Shown here: positions 60,677 to 64,000 of the stretch, one piece after another
Layout of the letters: each line of letters opens with the position of its first letter
How positions within the stretch are numbered: the first letter of the stretch is position 1
Source: Octopus sinensis
Lineage: Eukaryota
Length of the DNA stretch: 64,000 nt
Assembly (NCBI RefSeq): GCF_006345805.1
Contig: NC_043014.1
Span: forward strand, 7,130,001-7,194,000
Reading direction: 5' to 3'
The notes under the pieces: model-generated
The model's input: the letters and a program-made list of their open reading frames with translations, nothing else
What the model was told of the DNA's origin: nothing
Database searches by the model: none
Translations under genes and position numbers: made by a program

Positions 60677-62790
60677 CAGGTAGTTCATAATGGAGTCATA
60701 CCCAATGACTGGCGTAGCAGCACCATAGTCAACTGCTACAAGGGTAAGGGTGATGCTCTAGATAGAAACAACTACAGGGGTATTAAACTGTTGGATCAGG
60801 TGATGAAGGCCACAGAGAGGGTCATAACCCATCTCATTAGGGAGAGAATTTGCTTAGATGAGATGCAGTTCGGTTTTGTGCCGGGTAGAAGCACCACTGA
60901 TGCTATATTCCTGGTCCGACAACTGCAGGAGAAGTACCTAGCTAAAGATAAACCCCTCTACATAGCTTTTGTGGACTTGGAGAAAGCCTTTGACAGGGTT
61001 CCCCGATCCCTTATCTGGTGGTCGATGCGGAAACTGTTGATTGACGAATGGCTAATAAGGGCTGTACAGGCTCTATACAGAGAGGCTGTCAGCAAGGTTA
61101 GGATTGGCAACGAATATAGTGAAGAATTCCGGGTAGAAGTAGGTGTACACCAGGGCTCAGCCCTCAGTCCCCTTTTATTCATCATAGTCCTCCAGGCAAT
61201 AACGGAGGAATTCAAAACAGGTTGCCCCTGGGAGCTCCTCTATGCTGATGACCTGGCCCTCATAGCAGAATCACTACTGGAACTAAAAAAGAAATTTCGG
61301 GTGTGGAAACAAGGGTTAGAATCAAAGGGCCTTAGAGTAAATGTAGCGAAGACCAAAGTTATAGTATGCAGAAAGGCGAACTCAGCACACACCCCATTGG
61401 GCAGGTGGCCCTGCTCGAGCTGTATGAAAGGTGTAGGTAGAAACTCCATAAGATGCACCCAGTGTAAGCAATGGACACATAGGAGGTGCAGCAACATCAA
61501 AGGGAAATTAACTGATAAGATAGCTTTCATGTGCGGCAGATGCACAGGGACAATAGACACCACAGACACTCAGAAAACAGATTCCATCACACTCCAGGGA
61601 GAGAAACTAGAAGTAGTTGATAGTTTCCGCTACCTGGGTGACCAAGTGAGTAGTGGGGGTGGATGCTCAGTGAGTGTCACCACTAGAACACGAATAGCCT
61701 GGGCAAAGTTTAGAAAGCTCCTACCCCTACTGGCGACAAAGGGTCTCTCACTCAGAGTGAAAGGTAGATTGTATGATGCATGTGTGCAAATTGCCATGCT
61801 TCACGGCAGTGAAACATGGGCCGTGACTGCAGAGGACATGCGTAGACTTGAAAGAAATGAAGCTAGCATGATCCGCTGGATGTGTAATGTCAGTGTGAAT
61901 GCACGACAGAGTGTAAGCACCCTGAGAGAAATGCTAGGCATAAGAAGCATCAGATGCGGTGTGCAAGAGCGACGCTTGCGATGGTATGGCCATGTACTGC
62001 GGATGGATGAGGAGAGATGTGTGAAGAAGTGCTACTCTCAAACAGTTGAAGGAATCAGGGGGAGAGGTAGACCCAGGAAGACATGGGATGAGATAGTCAA
62101 GCATGACCTCAGAGCGTTGGGCCTCACTGAGGCGAAGGACCGAGACCTCTGGAGATGTGCTGTGACTACTAAGACCCGGGATGCTTCCGGCACCAGTTCC
62201 GCATACCCCCTGCCCATTCAAAGTACCTTGGATCTCGGAACATCTCGCTGTGCTTGAGGAGACCTGTTGAGTCAAGTGCATGTACATGAACATCGAACCA
62301 AATATCAATGGAAACAGTAGTTGTGATACCTGTGCCGGTGACACATAAAAAGCACCATCCGAACGTGGCCGTTGCCAGTGCAGCCTCGACTGGCTTCTGT
62401 GCCGGTGGCACATAAAAAGCACCATCCGAACGTGACCGATGCCAACCCCACCTCGAATGGCTTCTGTGCCAGTGGCACATCAAAAGCACCATCCGAACGT
62501 GGCCGATGCCAGCACCACCTCGACTGGCTTCTGTGCCGGTGGCACATAAAAAGCACCAACCGATCGTGGCCGATGCCAGACCCCTCTGGCACTTGTGCAG
62601 GTGGCACGTAAAAAGCACCCACTACACTCGCGGAGTGGTTGGCGTTAGGAAGGGCATCCAGCTGTAGAAACACTGCCAGATCAGACTGGAGCCTGGAGCA
62701 GCCCCTGGCTCCCCAGACCCCGGTCGAACTGTCCAACCCGTGCTAGCGCGGAAAACGGACGTTAAACGATGATGATGATGATGATGATGA
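60677..62790 (+). mobile_element. 5'-truncated RTE LINE, antisense to ZFAND1, with 4-5 units of the 67 bp VNTR
   Basis: NYRGIKLL, QFGFVPGRSTTDA, DLEKAFDRV, HQGSALSP, YADD, GRGRPRKTW. Ends in (GAT)n. Confidence 0.95.
60791..62257 (+). CDS. RTE reverse transcriptase (partial ORF, 488 aa) with a PHD-like Cys/His insert
   Basis: RT motifs as above. CSSC..CTQCKQWTHRRC..CGRC lies after the YADD region. Confidence 0.92.
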   Translation: MDQVMKATERVITHLIRERICLDEMQFGFVPGRSTTDAIFLVRQLQEKYLAKDKPLYIAFVDLEKAFDRVPRSLIWWSMRKLLIDEWLIRAVQALYREAVSKVRIGNEYSEEFRVEVGVHQGSALSPLLFIIVLQAITEEFKTGCPWELLYADDLALIAESLLELKKKFRVWKQGLESKGLRVNVAKTKVIVCRKANSAHTPLGRWPCSSCMKGVGRNSIRCTQCKQWTHRRCSNIKGKLTDKIAFMCGRCTGTIDTTDTQKTDSITLQGEKLEVVDSFRYLGDQVSSGGGCSVSVTTRTRIAWAKFRKLLPLLATKGLSLRVKGRLYDACVQIAMLHGSETWAVTAEDMRRLERNEASMIRWMCNVSVNARQSVSTLREMLGIRSIRCGVQERRLRWYGHVLRMDEERCVKKCYSQTVEGIRGRGRPRKTWDEIVKHDLRALGLTEAKDRDLWRCAVTTKTRDASGTSSAYPLPIQSTLDLGTSRCA

Positions 62791-62961
62791 GAACACAAAT
62801 TCACAAAAGTTTCCTGAAAATTCTAAAATATAAAAAGAGTTATGAGGGGTTCTAGGAATGGCTTAAACAGAAATTAATTTTCCGTTGCCTTTTTGTTTTG
62901 TCACGAAGTATAGCGCTCCTAATCCGAAACACCACATAAAAAAAAACTGAATTATCTAGAC

Positions 62962-63179
62962 CAGTGGCTTTCAACCAGGGTTCTGCGGAACCTTAGGGTT
63001 AGCCAGTACAGTCCAGGGGTTCTGCAAGAAGTTACAAAACTGCTAAAATCGGCAGTAATTTTTAATTCTCCTCTGCAGATATGTGTGCATAAGACTATTA
63101 AATTATTGCACAGGGATTCCTCGAGCCAGTGGAATGTTTCCTTGGGGTTCCACTCCAGCAAAAAGTTTGAAAAGTACTG
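62962..63179. mobile_element. hAT-Charlie-type MITE with 8 bp TSD
   Basis: CAGTGGCTTTCAACC..GTTTGAAAAGTACTG. TSD ATCTAGAC at 62954-62961 and 63180-63187 fits the Charlie NTCTAGAN target preference. Confidence 0.88.
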
Positions 63180-63333
63180 ATCTAGACATTCGAAAAAAAA
63201 AAGGATTTTTTCCGTTTGAACGGCAGATCGAGAAATTTATTTTTTGTAACTAAACACTTTCAAACTTCAGACACTAGTAGAATGGGTATTATAAAACATC
63301 TTTTACTCTTCAAAGTTATTTCGTCTTAAAGTA

Positions 63334-63750
63334 GGCGCAGGAGTGGCTGTGTGGTAAGTAGCTTGCTTAGCAACCACATGGTCCCGGGTTCAGTCCCACT
63401 GCGTGGCACCTTGGGCAAGTGTCTTCTACTATAGCCGCGGGCCGACCAAAGCCTTGTGAGTGGATTTGGTAGACGGAAACTGAAAGAAGCCCGTTGTATA
63501 TATATATATATATATGTTTATATATGTGTTTGTGTGTGTGTTTGTGTGTCTGTGTTTGTCCCCCTAACATTGCTTGACAACCGATGCTGGTGTGTTTACG
63601 TCGCCCTCACTTAGCGGGTCGGCAAAAGAGACCGATAGAATAAGTACTGGGCTTACAAAAGAATAAGTCCCGGGGTCGATTTGTTCGACTCCATGCGGCG
63701 CTCCAGCATGGCCACAGTCAAATGACTGAAACAAGTAAAAGAGTAAAGAG
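63334..63750 (+). mobile_element. SINE family S2 inserted in a decayed relative of the 36997 element
   Basis: S2 sequence. Flanks at 63205-63330 and 63755-63935 match the 36997 element, including TTAGGG-like repeats. Confidence 0.8.
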
Positions 63751-64000
63751 TATATCGGTAATTTTAACCAATCAATGACGTGTTCAGCTGAATAAAATTA
63801 CTGTTGTTGTTTATCAACAAAAGCTATTGTCAGTTTATATTTCTCTTATTTTTGACATCGTTCGTGTGTTTGTACTGGTTCTGGGGTTAGGGTTGGGGTT
63901 TTAGGGTTATGGTTGGGGTTTTAGGGTTAGAGTTATGGAAAAAAAAATGAAAAATGAAGAAATTGGAGAAGTGAGGGTAGGGGGCAAAAAAGTCTTACCG

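Noticed and set aside
63875-63935. TTAGGG-like repeats as a telomere
   Set aside because: Short, degenerate and internal to a decayed copy of the 36997 element.

Overview
AT-rich, repeat-dominated animal genomic DNA. The SINE families and microsatellite load look like an octopus genome, but that is recognition, not a database match. One host gene is supported: a minus-strand ZFAND1 ortholog with seven coding exons at 40235-59535, all GT-AG and in frame. Its first coding exon was not found. The rest is mobile DNA: a decayed hAT transposase; three head-to-tail Tx1/L1-type LINEs with all six ends in (GATA)n tracts; RTE, CR1 and Penelope fragments; mariner remnants; piggyBac, Charlie and Sola-like MITEs; a Helitron; several SINE families; a 5.8 kb GT-rich satellite; a 122 bp satellite; and many microsatellites. 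Main leads: (1) minimal hammerhead ribozyme motifs in five unrelated short repeat families, often head-to-head in foldbacks, with the core 3-8 pair seen as C-G, G-C and U-A; (2) an apparently (GATA)n-targeting Tx1 lineage; (3) a 3' stem-loop tail shared by that LINE and an abundant SINE. Most other ORFs in the track are low-complexity or antisense artefacts. Many 1 bp frameshifts may be sequencing or assembly error.
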